DNA of 63,140 nucleotides, the filler included, from Collodictyon triciliatum (Eukaryota): the NCBI GenBank assembly GCA_043381765.1. It is 9 parts of 9 records of this genome, joined end to end, with 100 filler letters (N's around TTAATTAATTAA, not from the genome) between each part and the next. Parts side by side here need not be neighbours in the genome. Positions count along the whole stretch, not along the records: positions 24,371 to 32,952 come from JBHJMP010003372.1; positions 33,053 to 42,920 come from JBHJMP010003373.1; 7 more parts are not named here. One strand, 5' to 3'. Numbering within the stretch: the stretch's first letter is position 1; each line of letters opens with the position of its first letter. The notes beneath the pieces are model-generated. The model was not told the origin of the DNA, did not search any database, and was given only the letters and a program-made list of their open reading frames with translations. Below are positions 24,584 to 37,560 of the stretch, one piece after another. The translations under genes and the position numbers were made by a program.

Positions 24584-26569
24584 GGAATCTGTTAAAGAGC
24601 ATGAGAGTATGCCTGCAGCGATTCTATCGGTCTTAAATGAGTGTGTAAAATAATACGCAATTTCAATGACCTTGTACCTGACGCAGCTATCTAATTTATG
24701 AAGATTTATAATAGCCTAAAACATGTATATAACCTAAAATGAAGATATCATATTCATCGACACTATTTTATGAACCACGTCGTTAAAAAAATCCTTTCTA
24801 TTCTCGAAGCTATAAGACAACCGTGGTTGAGGGAAGCAGCTCTTTATTCATTCTGTCATTTGTCAATGTATTGCTCTTCAAGGCTATCTGCGTCATTTTT
24901 GGGCGTATGACATGATTGATGAATAATTTTAGATGTATAGTATTCTTGTTGCTCGATTTTCTGCATGTGCCGAGAGGAAACATGACAACCCTTATGTTAG
25001 ACTCCAACTTGCCTTTTACATTTTTTTTATTACAGGAACTCAAGGCATTCAAGCCCTTTATAAAGGCATGCTTGCCTTGTATATCTTAATAAATGGTATA
25101 CTATCATCAAGTGAGTTTCGTATATTTCTTTGGTTTTCCTGATTATGTTATTCAAGCCGGGGAAACCTCCTTTCAGACTTTTCTTGAAGAAAACAATCGA
25201 GTATATTATGTCTCATTCACCAACGGCCTGTAAATGCTTCCCTGGTAATAATTACAGCACGATTCTAATAATTATTTTAACAGCCCTTCACAAACTTATG
25301 TATGGGCACATATCTCGTCGACCCCGTAATGTTGTAAGTTTTATTTATTTATTACATTATTAAAATTAGAGGAAGCTTTTTAAAGATATGTCTTCATTTT
25401 GTACAATTCGGTATGTTTATTATGATTTTATTTGTTGTATATTTTTTAATATAAATATAACTCCTCTATTTCAGCCTCTGGTTGACTATATAATTGAGAT
25501 GGTCGAAAGTGCCGCAGAAGTGACGTTCTTTCACTTTGTTGATAATTCCGTCGCTATAGCCTATGTTCTTTGGGACGTTGCAGGTAGCCTTTTTATTACC
25601 TAGTTGTTGTGTAGCATAGGAAATCATCTAACATGAAATAACCTAATTAACCTACAAACCCTCTCGTGGTGGATAATTAGCCGTGGTAAGACCTTTTTTT
25701 TTCTCTAAATGTGTATTAGAAACTCAATGGTTCTCAGTATATTTTTGTCCCACGACATACACAACTTTCTCATCCTCCTTAGAATATAAGCGAAATGAGC
25801 TTATTTCTTTTGTATGCAGATACATTCTATAATTGGTTTCATTTCGTTCATTTTACTTATTAGAATCAGTTATCTCCCATGAAGTCTGCACTTTTTCACG
25901 CCTTGGTATCACTCTGTGTTGTTTTTTCATGCCGCTATCGCTATGCTCATGCACACTGGATCCGTCACCCATCAAACTTTTTTGCTTCATTAAAGTTCTC
26001 GGAGGTACATTCATTCTTGAATCGCGATGGTACCCTTTCGAATTAAACCAGTATTATGTTATACTTTGTTACGGATTTATGGAGATTTGAATAACTAATT
26101 TTTTCGTTTTTTTTTTCCTGTCGCTTTCCTTCCGAGGTTCTCTTCACATCTTTGATATCAATCTGTATCTTTATCCGTAGGAACAATACAGAATCAATTT
26201 TTATCACACAGTCGTTGGTGGAATTATGTCTCAGGCTCTTCGACTGTCTCTCATACTCTTTGTGGTATTTCAATTTGTTACATTTGCCTCTTTTATTTCT
26301 TTTTTTTTTTTACAATATATGCTCTTATACAATCCTTCAAATGTACACCCAGTTTATTTGGAATTCGAAGGATATATTTATTTATTATGTCTCACATTTC
26401 GGTTTTCGTAGAACATCAGCCCATCTCTAAGTGGAGTCGCACGGAATCAGCTCATTGAATTCGCAACCCATTTCTACACGTTTTCAGGTGTCTTCTTTTA
26501 CCACGTTCAACAAATATCACTCGAATGATAGGTGCAAACTCCATGAATCCTCATGTCAGTGGTTCATAA
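24584..26569 (+). CDS. 3' part of an unknown multi-exon gene
   Basis: Candidate exons: ESVKEHESMPAAILSVLN; ALHKLMYGHISRRPRNV; PLVDYIIEMVESAAEVTFFHFVDNSVAIAYVLWDVA; EQYRINFYHTVVGGIMSQ; NISPSLSGVARNQLIEFATHFYTFS. No family was recognised and the boundaries are tentative. Confidence 0.5.
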
Positions 26570-27233
26570 GCTGATTTGCTTCTCAATTATTTTTTTTTAG
26601 TGATGTCTGCTATTTCTTCTTCTTTTTTTTTTTCTCCTATTCACCTTGAAGAGAAGCCGCACACAATTTTTCAAGCGCATTAGCCTTTCTTTTCCTTTCT
26701 CTTTTTGAAAATATAACAAATAGAAAAAAATAAAAACACACGCGAGAATACTCGCACCTTAATTTCGTCAGTTTGAATGCACCAGCCATACAGAATCTGC
26801 CAAGTGTTCCTATAGAAGTCGTCAAGTTGAGTCAAGTCCATGACTAGGCTTTATTACGTCTTTCTGTATATGATTTGTGTCGTTTGCGGTCATGCGGCCA
26901 TCATGGCAGAGTTAACCTATATTTTCCACTTTTGTATGATCAAATGAGGAAATCATCTAGATGAAAACGTCTTCCTTAATTAGAGGAAACAGGCGCCTCC
27001 AAAACGGTAGTCGGGCACTCTTATCTCACCCCACTCCACAAGTCAGCTGACTCCCAATTAAACAGCCAAGCAAACCGCTGCGCCCGAGTGCAAGAAAGTC
27101 TTCCAAGCCAAATAGTTAGCAGACACTTCGTGGCTTGGAATGCACACCAATCTGAGCTAACCTTACATTTCTTCTGACTACCCTTCGTGACAGACCTCTG
27201 CCTTCTTCCCTCCGTTAGAATAATCCAAAGCAC

Positions 27234-29242
27234 ATGGGCTGCGGCGTTGCGAAACTTGCTCCTGGTACGCCTATTCACAAGAGACAACACCCATCACCAC
27301 TTTTATGGCCACGAGATGATAAAAATTCACTTATTTTCTTATTTATAATATTTTTTTTCTTATGTCGATGAAACCTTTCTTTCTCTTCCTACGCGACGGC
27401 GATCTGCTGGCCAGAGCCTTCAAACAATTCAGCGTCTTCGCCCCAGGGCACCCAGCCAGCCGCAAGTATGAATGAGAAATAGCTTTTGACACTTGATATT
27501 CATTGATGTGATTGTTATGTTCTTGCTCCATACATTTCTTATGAGAAAAGTGGTCGTATTGCACATCCTGTTTATGATTCCACCATGCGCTATTTTACAT
27601 TTTACAATTTGTTTTTCATCACTCGAACTAAAGTTTAAGGACTGTACCTATACAATCTGAGCAATATTCGTTTATAATGCTTGGATTGATGACCCTTCCC
27701 TCCCTTGAATCGAATAAAGGGGAAAAAATCATGCTTAGATTGACATCAAATATCTAGGTGGCGATGGGAAAAAATCAAAAAAGACCGATCGTCGAAGCGA
27801 AGTCTTGGTTCTGTTTGACATTGATGGGACTTTAACAGAACCTCGTAAAGTATACTTTGTATAAACACTTTCATTTTGCCTTATCTTCGAATCATCACCG
27901 ATTGAAAGAAATAATCACCCATTCGAAACATAAGCCCTTCATATTTCCTTAACGAGGGAGCAAAAAAATCCTTAGGTCATCACCCCAGATATGAAAAATT
28001 TTCTAAAAGAGCTCCGTAAGCGTGTATCGATTGGTGTCGTCGGAGGCTCAGATTTTGCAAAGCAGAAAGAGCAACTCGGCGATGATGGTATCCGAATTAT
28101 AATAAATTATGTACTTATAACAACGCTGTGCTTGATTTGTAATTATTTCCTTTCTTTTTTCTTCATATTCGTAAGACATGTATTTACCCACTATTATCTA
28201 TCCGCCGACAGCTTTAGAATGCTTCGATTTTAACTTCCCAGAGAATGGTGTTGTTGCCTTCAAAAGGGGGGTACCCCAAGAGTCCCAAGTACCGAGTCAA
28301 TTTTAATTATGGACAGTTTTTCATTTCCTTTAATTTTTAATTTACTACAATCGAGGCAGCTCTGACCTTTGTATTATATTTGCTTTTGATGAGAAGACTT
28401 CAGTAACGTTTATCCGTAATACAGTCTATTGCAGCCTTTTTGGGGGAACACAAACTCAAGGAATTCATCAATTTCAGTCTTCATGCTCTGGCTGATATCG
28501 ACCTCCCAAAGAAGAGGTGGTATTCCTATGAGTTGCTAGCCATCAGTCTGTTTATCTAAGTTTCCTCTCTTTCTCTCTCCCTTTACAGAGGCACTTTCTT
28601 GGAGTATAGAACAGGAATGATAAATCTCTCCCCGATCGGAAGAAATTGCACGCAGGAAGAGCGCATGGAATACTTCGAGTACGACCAAGTACGCGTGTCT
28701 ACGTATCTGTTAATGATTGAAGCCATCCTGAAACGAAGAATCATGACACTATATCCATTCATCAAATCACCCGACGCTGTCGTCATAGAAACATGAGGTT
28801 CGAAAGAAGCTGATTCAAAAACTGAAGGAGCACTTTGTGGACCTGGGCCTGCAATACTCTATCGGAGGCCAAATCAGTATCGATGTTTTCCCTAAAGGTG
28901 TCGCCGAATATTCTCAGTTAATTCTATTTCGCGCTCTGGCAGACTCAATGATTCGTTTCTTGACTCCCTTTTTGCAATTCTGCGCAGGGTGGGACAAGAC
29001 ATACTGCCTTCGCCACGTTGCCTCCGAAAACTACGGAGAAATCCACTTTTTTGGAGACAAAACGATGGAGGTTTGGTCCATAAATATGCCTTTGTGAGCA
29101 GATAAATGTTTGTGCTAATCAGAGCCGGCTTGTGTAGGGGGGTAACGACTACGAGATATACCGCCATCAGCTGGTCACGGGACATGCCATTCAATCCCCA
29201 CAGGACGCAATGGCACAGTGCAAGAAGCTCTTTTTTGAGTGA
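27234..29242 (+). CDS. PMM: Eukaryotic phosphomannomutase (HAD IIB; PMM2/SEC53 family) with an N-terminal extension
   Basis: The spliced product contains [80 protein letters not shown] and [17 protein letters not shown], ending at TGA 29240-29242. Upstream exons 27234-27264 and 27415-27465 join in phase. Confidence 0.95.
27674..27743 (+). mobile_element. Micro-insertion TGACCCTTCCCTCCCTTGAATCGAATAAAGGGGAAAAA with 16-bp TSD
   Basis: Flanks are ATAATGCTTGGATTGA (27674-27689) and ATCATGCTTAGATTGA (27728-27743), with 2 mismatches. It sits in PMM intron 2. Confidence 0.75.
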
Positions 29243-29493
29243 GGAGCGAGCCAGACAGGCTCACATATATGGCCACCACCGCCAAACCCTACGACACAGC
29301 TTGTCGGATTAAACAAGTCTTGTCTGCCGTCACATTAGGACACCAAGGATTGGAGTGGACCTGTGTGTTCTTCACTTTATTTATTATTTTTATTTTATTG
29401 AATGTAATAAGCAAAGGAGATAAGACAGGGGTTCCCTTTTGGTCTGTGCGTGGGACTTCCTAGCGGAAAGAAAGGTGACGATTTATTGGGCGC

Positions 29494-32400
29494 TCAAGGC
29501 AACCTCCAGACAAAAACAGCGCCTTCCTCACCAACAGAAACGACAAACTTCTGGTCTGGGCTGATTCGAGCTCTCAAAATGCTACCACTGTGCCCAGTTC
29601 CGATGAAATTGCAGACCCCTTCGTCATAAGCCCAGACCTACGTGATTTGTAACCAAGGCGGAAGAGGGTAGAAGAAAAAGAGAGATGATTAATCAACGTG
29701 AATGGAGAGAAGACGGCGAGAATTCTTTCAAGAATGAAAAGATAATAGAAGCAAACCTTGACAATCCTGTCCGAACCACCAGAGACAAAGAAGGTACCTT
29801 TGTCATTGATTGAAACTGTGTTGATTGTCCCAGTAGATGACCCCTCTAATTCCCGAATGAGACTTCCATCGTACACATCCCAGTAGCATATCTACCAACC
29901 ATATTTGTTGTACTCGATTTATACGTTTCTGAAATTTCTTACAACTAATAATTACTCTTGGGCTCTTTTCTTTCTCTTGTTATCATAAGGAAATAACAAA
30001 TAGCCCTATCAGGTAATAACAACCGACCTTCCTATCCGTCCCGGTGGTCAGAAGCTGATTCTCGTCAGGATGGTAGACAACAGCCTTGAAGAACGTGGAT
30101 GAGAAGAAGCATTTGAGGCGGACATATCGAAGCAGGTCCCAGATGATGGTGGAGCCGTCTGCGCTGGAACTGACGCACTCAGCATCATTCTTTCGGATTT
30201 GGATGGAAGATACCGCACCTACAATCCAGATGTGAATGTATTGTCAAACAGCTGATACAACGATTATCGCTACATGGAACCTTCGAATTGTATGTTTTTC
30301 TTTCTTTCAAGGAAGTAAAAAAGAAAAGAACCTTTGTGCTCTTTCATCGAGACTTCCATCACTTGCTTCTCCTTAGAGACTGACCAGACACGAACGCTGC
30401 CGTCGACTCCGCCGCTGACAATCTTGCGACAGTCGTTGGTCGCCGAGACAGCAGTCACTCCCTTTGGATGGGCATCGTTGATTACATACATTAACTTGCC
30501 AGATTGCGGATAGAAAACCCGAATTCTACCGTCGTTCCATCCTATTTTCCGCAGAGTGAATTAAATTCTCAATGTTTATTCTCTGGTATTTTCTTTTTAC
30601 AGCTATTCACATTTTCTTTGGTTTGGTTCGACATTACAGGTTATGATTTTTTCCCTTTATTTGAATGACAGGTTATGATTTGATTTGATTTGAATTGATT
30701 TGAATTGATTTGAATTGATTTGAATTGATTTGAATTGATTTGAATTGATTTGAATTGATTTGAATTGATTTGAATTGATTTGAATTGATTCGTTAGTTGT
30801 ACCACTAATAATTCCGGAACCATCACGGAAAAAGTGTACACAGGCGCATTCGAGATTCGGGACCTGAATCCTGAGGAGTTCTTTCAGATTGCGTGCATTC
30901 CAGACACGGATATCGTCTTTGCTGGCAGTGACAAAAAGCTCAGAGTAGCCGCTGTGTTCCATATGAATGAAAAAGTGTTTAATTGCTTTCACATTTCAAT
31001 TTTTTGCAGTTGGATTTACTATAAAAAAAGTTATTTTCTATTTGATTACATTCTCTTTCATTTCTTTCATTATTTTTTTAAAGAAAATTACTGAGGGAAG
31101 GCAACGTCGTTAACTTTATCCTTGTGGCAAGCATTTCGAAGTTCTGATTTCATGTCGTTGAAGGATACAAAGTATATATTTGATTGGTCAGTCCCAGCAA
31201 ATAAATATTCGTTATCGTAGAAGGACACTGAAGTGGGAACACCAAGGAGCTTTGTCGAGCTGTAGAATAACAGTTATTCACATAAGTCAGAAGAGAAGAA
31301 AAAAATACAAACATGCACAAAAATTATGAATAGGGAGATAGTTGCGGGTTGGGTGTGTCCCTAAAACTGACACCGTACAAACCGAATCACTTTGAACGTG
31401 TCCTTCTTGCAAATCGTAATGGACCCATCGCCCGAGCCAACGACGAGGTCGCCTGTGCTTTCATTCAGAGAAACACAGGTGATTCCACCAACAAACGGCG
31501 ACTTGGTTGGTCCGTAGTTTGCAATGATTTGAGTTTTAAGGTTGAGCTGAAGAATGTCCCCAGAAGTGGTTCCCAAATATGCGTTGCCACGCTCTGTAGT
31601 GACGGTGGTAATGACCCGCTTGAGGCGGCAGTTGATATCAGTAGGTCGAAGCTTTTTATCCTGTAAATCAATGTCCCATAGACGCAGGCTCGAATTCCCA
31701 CCAGAAACAAGCATGTCGTCTCTGTCGGCAAAGAAAGAGAATGCAAGACAGTTTCCCGAGCTTTCGCGAGATGCAGGGTGTCCACACACGGCCTCTCCTT
31801 TGACCAGATCCCAAATGACCAGGCTGTTATCGTCTGGGCCGCCCAGTGATGCAAGGAACACATCATTTGGAGAAAACATCAGAGACTCGACTTTGGCTTT
31901 GTGAAGGGTCAGGCGATGGATGGGCTGCCGACGCTCAAAGTCCCACACGATGATGTCCGCCTATGATTGGGTATATGTTGTGCGTTAACGAACCAGGACT
32001 GTGTGATTTATGGTGGGTATAAGTATGAGCAAAGGGAACTTATCGTGTGAGAGGCTATGGGGAGGGTTGATTGGGTTATGACAGACTTTGTAGCCCATGT
32101 GTGTGATTTGGCCGGATGCGATAAAGCGGCCGGACTTTGAGACTGCAACGCACGAGACGCGATCGCTGTGGCCCTGCAGAAAGGTTTGCCCTTCTCCGCC
32201 TCCGACTTCCTTCACAACCACAGTGGAACCCAAAGGATAAACGATATGGCGTTTCCCCGGATGCACGCTGAGTCCATTGTTGACTTTCCCTGTGGATTGA
32301 ATAGTAAGCGCACTGCTTGGCACTTGGTCATTTCATTTCTTTAAAAAAAAGGGTTGGTGATTATGTGTCTATGGTAAGACCGAGTTCACCTCATTATGCT

Positions 32401-32656
32401 AAGAAAAATGGATGTTGATGTGCTTGATCTTCAAAACAAACAAACAAACAAACAAACAAACAAACAAACAAACAAACAAACAAACAAACAAACAAACAAA
32501 CAAACAAACAAACAAACAAGCACGCAAAACTGACCATATGACTACGGAAAACAGCGATTAAAACACGAATAAAGCGAAAAATGAGTGGGGATTTGAGACT
32601 GTGCACTTACCCTCAAATCCGATCGTGGAGATCAGAGACAGCTCTTGAACAGACAT
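29494..32656 (-). CDS. CFAP52: Cilia- and flagella-associated protein 52 (WDR16), WD40 microtubule inner protein, 9 exons
   Basis: Translation: MSVQELSLISTIGFEG|KVNNGLSVHP..YPLGSTVVV..FLQGHSDRVSCVAVSKSGRFIASGQITHMGYK|ADIIVWD..LASLGGPDDNSLVIWD..SELFVTASKDDIRVWNARNLKELLRIQVPNLEC..SGWNDGRIRVFYPQSGKLMYVINDAH..YHPDENQLLTTGTDRKICYWDVYDGSLIRELEGS..GHSGSILRARISPDQKFVVSVGEEGAVFVWRLP*. An AATAAA lies at 29487-29482. Confidence 0.95.
30636..30681 (-). mobile_element. Reverse-orientation micro-insertion (CATTCAAATAAAGGGAAA on the minus strand) with 14-bp TSD
   Basis: ACAGGTTATGATTT occurs at 30636-30649 and 30668-30681 (identical), within a CFAP52 intron. Confidence 0.7.
30682..30790. repeat. (TTGAATTGAT)n decamer array in a CFAP52 intron
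   Basis: About 10 tandem copies. Confidence 0.9.
32434..32519. repeat. (AAAC)n microsatellite in CFAP52 intron 1
   Basis: Tandem array. Confidence 0.95.
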
Positions 32657-32805
32657 ATTTCAGTGTCTTCAGGAATTATTTGTTTGTGTTACTTTGGTTT
32701 GCTTTCTATCTTTCTTCTTGGTTTGGCTGAGAGTTTCTCTGTAGATCTGAGTTGCTCTCTGTAGTTGTTCTTGGTGTGGCTACGAGGAGTGATGCAGAGC
32801 GTTTG

Positions 32806-32952
<147 letters not shown>

Positions 32953-33243
32953 NNNNNNNNNNNNNNNNNNNNNNNNNNNNNNNNNNNNNNNNNNNNTTAA
33001 TTAATTAANNNNNNNNNNNNNNNNNNNNNNNNNNNNNNNNNNNNNNNNNNNNTTCGTCGGTCGAACTGGACAACTTAAATGCCTTTTTTCCTTGCTTTTT
33101 TTTTTTTTTACCTTGCTCGCTGTCCGGCTGAGTCGAAGTAAAGGAATGAAAAGTGGCTGTGAGTCGCGAACGTTTATCAGTCTTGCTTCGTGTCTCATGA
33201 CTCAAACGCTTTCGGCAAAAACAAAAACCAAACCAAAACAAAA

Positions 33244-33282
<39 letters not shown>

Positions 33283-33773
33283 AAAAAAAAAAAAAAAAAA
33301 AAAAAAAAAACGGAGCGAATCGAGCATTCCTCCTGGAAAGTTATCGTCGTCAAAGCTGAGTGTCTTTCGGTGCGATAAGGTCATAAAAACCGCCAAAAAA
33401 AAAAGCTGCTGATCACAAAATTGGGTAAACATGTCATTTCTGGAATATAAAACTATATCCTTCTCATATTTTAAGATAATACGATTAATTCATGGTACAG
33501 ATAAAATAGATTGTATTTACATGATATAAGATTACACATATAACGGGATTACTGCGCTGACAGATATTGTCACTTTATGTAGTTGAGCGTGTCGGATCCC
33601 CTAGTTGGAGAGCAGAGATCAGCCATCACCTTTTCCTTACTTCCTTCTTCAAGTAAACTACTTGTGAAAGCTGGCTGCCATTGGACTATTTGTTTGCCTT
33701 TCTTCCCTCATCTCCTTTCTTCATTTTTTGCCTTTTTTCTTCTCCTTATCTTTAACTAGCTATAATTCCAGGA

Positions 33774-34338
33774 ATGCCCGGAGCCAGTCTGCAAAGCACG
33801 TCGGGGATTCTTTGCCTCGTCATTCTCTCGGGCTCTGCGTTTGCTGCAGTTCTACTGATCGGAAGCCTCGGTCTTGTCTTTCGGTGGCGAGTCTTGGAGT
33901 TCAATCGACTTTGGGTGGGCCGCGCATTCCTCGTGGTCGAGGCGCTCCTTTGGTTGGTTTGTGGTTATCTCCATTAAAACAAAAAACAAAAAAAACAAAA
34001 AAACAAAAAAACAAAAAAACAAAATACAAAAAAAACAAAACAAAAAAAACAAAGAAAACAAAAAAACAAAAANNNNNNNNNNNNNNNNNNNNNNNNNNNN
34101 NNNNNNNNNNNNNNNNNNNNNNNNNNNNNNNNNNNNNNNNNNNNNNNNNNNNNNNNNNNNNNNNNNNNNNNNNNNNNNNNNNNNNNNNNNNNNNNNNNNN
34201 NNNNNNNNNNNNNNNNNNNNNNNNNNNNNNNNNNNNNNNNNNNNNNNNNNNNNNNNNNNNNNNNNNNNNNNNNNNNNNNNNNNNNNNNNNNNNNNNNNNN
34301 NNNNNNNNNNNNNNNNNNNNNNNNNNNNNNNNNNNNNN

Positions 34339-34433
<95 letters not shown>

Positions 34434-35692
34434 AAAAGAACACAAAAAACAAAAAACAAAACACTAAAACAAAAAACAAAAAAACCTTAAGCAATTATAC
34501 AATTGAGTATATACAATAAGAATATACCTCCCCATTCCTAATCAGCTGCTTCACATATGTTTCCTCCATGAAAATAGCTTGCCCTTTTACTTCGTGTGGA
34601 ATATCTTTGGAAGGAATGGATTGGCATTCCGGCCTCCCTTTTTAAGCAATTGTGCCGAGTTTACTCGCTTTTGTCGATGGGCCTTTTTGAAATAGGATTC
34701 TACTCGGTTCTTGTCTACTTTTTGATGCAAGGCTCATACATGTTTGTGCAGACATTTCTATTCAATACATATATCTTTCAAATTGACGATTGTCCCCATC
34801 AACCCGAATGCTTTTTCCCCTCTTATTTAATGGTCCCTTATTACGATTCATACGAAAAGATATTATCACGCAATAATGTAGATTCACGCTATTGACTGCA
34901 TTGAAACCTCTTGCCATCCTTCTCTGTCATGAATAGGAGGGAACGCGAGGACTCTGTCCGACTGAACAGCAGAATAATCCGAAAGACCATCCCCATCCGA
35001 GTTCTCTGCCTCATCCTCCATGGAGCCGTCTACATTCTGAATTTTCTAATGGTACAGGAGTCGTCATATCCGTTTTACTATTCCATGTATGACAAAGACA
35101 AGGACATGTGCGTTGTTCCTGTTGCCACTGGCTCGGCCTCGTTGCTCATAACCCTCGTGTATCTCATGTTTTTGAATCGAATATTCCGTTCCGTCAGCGA
35201 CGCCTCGATCAACACAGTTACAAAACTGCGATTGCTTCGTGTTCGATGGCTTCTCAATATTCTTATTATTGCCTCACTTCTATCACGCTGCCTTATGGTG
35301 TATCTAACGTTGGTGGATGCTGCATTGGCTCCGTATCTTCTGGATGCGCACAATATCTGCATCATTTTGGTTGTCTTGACATCCTGCTGGGTAATGACTG
35401 TTATTCTTGTGCCGATTGGCGTTACCCTGACAGGCATTCTTTTCTTGGTGTCATTTTTTTTTGATTGGCATTCGTAGGTGTCATTATCCTGTGTGTATTT
35501 GGTGCAATGAAGGGATGTTGATTTTGAAATGACAACTGAAACAGTTTGTGTGAACAGGTATTTGTCCTGCGCCCTGTCTGGCAGTCTACAGGCGAGCCTC
35601 TCTACCGCATCAGTTTGACCTCAGACGTTGTAGATGATGTCCATGAGGAAGGCTCTCCAATACTGCTCAAGGATACGAGCGACGTAGAATAG
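33774..35692 (+). CDS. Seven-transmembrane GPCR-like membrane protein, 4 visible exons
   Basis: The spliced product has 7 hydrophobic segments, a Cys at the start of TM3 (KQLCRVY), a Cys in the loop before TM5 (KDMCVVP) and an acidic tail ..DVVDDVHEEGSPILLKDTSDVE* (TAG 35690-35692). Intron 1 contains a gap. Confidence 0.8.
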
Positions 35693-37560
35693 CTTTAGTG
35701 TCCCAAATAGCAAGCCCGCTGCGGTCATTTACTAATATTATTATGATTATGATTATGATGGTTATGATTATAAATATGATTGGCTTTTTTTTTTTACCTA
35801 AAAAACGACAACAAAACCATTTGAACGAAATCCAACTCCCAGATAATTTAATCACCACCACCACCATTCAGCTTCTCAAGTCCAATCTTTAGTCTTTATA
35901 GCCCCAAATCCATTATCGGTGTCTTTTCACCACTCTTTGTCGCTCTTTGTGCCTCCACAAATCGATTGTCTGTCATTCCCAATAAAGTACGAAGAAAGAA
36001 GTACCGTGTCCAGGGTACCGTACATGGGCTTTTGCCCAAACCATTTCTGGGTTTCTGAGCCGCAAGTGTTTCTCTTCAAATCAGATTTTACCTTTTTTTA
36101 TTCATTTCTTTTCGTTCCTTTACTGTATCTTTTAAGTTTCATTTTTCTTTTTTTCTTTCCCTTTGGTATTTAATGGTTCGGTTCGGATAATCGGTTGTGA
36201 TTCGCTCAGTTGCTGCGAGTTTTGTTCGTCCCGGGTCTATGCCTGACTCGCCAACAAAGGGGCGAAACAATATGCATTTGTATCTATGCAAGATTGAACC
36301 TTTGAGTGGCCTCTTTTTTTTTTCTCTCTCTCTCTCTTTTTATCTTAATAAGCGTAGTTTCTTCTGCTCTTGTTGGCTTCATGAAAATATGTGTGTTGCC
36401 AAGTATGAAAGGCTGCCTGATGCGAGAGTTTGTGCGGTTTGGGAGTTCTTTTCCTTCTTGATTGTCCTGGTTGTGTGGGTGATCGTGATATATCATTGCG
36501 TCGCCTCACAAAAGACTTTCTCTTCTATTTACTTATTTATTTATCGTGCTGATACTTCGAATGCGTGTAGTTTTTATTTTCTCCTTCCTATATTCCGGTT
36601 GGGCGTCTTGGCCTCGAGTTTCTTCTTCTTTTTTTTTTATTTGGGCCACATGAATACTTTCTACAATCATTCACCGGTTTGATCGCACTTCGCCGCAGTG
36701 TTATCTTATCTGTCCCTCTATCACTAATTTTCTCCGCCTTACTTGTCCATCATTTTCGTTCGTGCTCTCAGTGTCACTTTTTGTAACCATTATGTTGTAA
36801 ATATGTTTTATTATTATTATTTTATTATATTTGATATTATATTTATCTATATAGTTATTGTAATTTTATTTCTTCTAGCTCTTTTCCTTTTCTTTCTCAA
36901 CGTCTGATTCTTGTCCAAAGTTGAATGAATAGTCGCTTGAAGAGTTCCTCAAGTACTTGATGACAACAACCTGTCCATATTTTCTTAGTGTGTAGCGGCC
37001 TGGGACCATCAAGATCTCGATTATTTCAAGCTTCATATAAAAATTGGTACTCTTTCATAGTTCCGATATTCATGCATGTTTTCTTTCATGTTAGTCGCAT
37101 TCACCTGTATTGGTTATGGAGAAAATGTATCTATTAATGATAGCAAAGACATATACTTGATTTTTTCTTCCACAAATCATACATGACTGTTTTATTTTTC
37201 CGGTTGATTCGTTGTTTCCTGAGAAATGCTCTGTAGATTTATTTCTTCTTTTTTTTCTTTCGGTGAGAAATATTGTGGCTTCCGACAGAAATGAGGCCTT
37301 TTCAGCTGTTGTTCACCATCTAATATATTCTGACCTATTGGATTTATATTCAAATATAGAGTCGCCCAGAGGTACCCTCCCTCCAGAAAGAAGGTACAAT
37401 CAATTATATAATAAAACAGTTGTTACCATACTGCTCCGCCCAAAAAAAAAAGATGATTGAAACAATCTTTCCTTTCGATAAAACTGCCAATTAGTACTAT
37501 TTTTAAAGAAAATTCAAACCATAATATGTCTTCTCTGTAAACAGAATCCACAGTGTAACT

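Noticed and set aside
28088-28098. GTATCC donor in PMM resembling a U12-type 5' splice site
   Set aside because: It continues GAATT rather than TT, and no U12 branch motif (TCCTTAAC) was seen near the acceptor.
35171-35183. TTTGAATCGAATA matching the micro-insertion motif inside the 7-TM gene
   Set aside because: It lies in an intact coding exon (FLNRI) and lacks AAGG, the A-tail and a TSD, so it is treated as a chance match.
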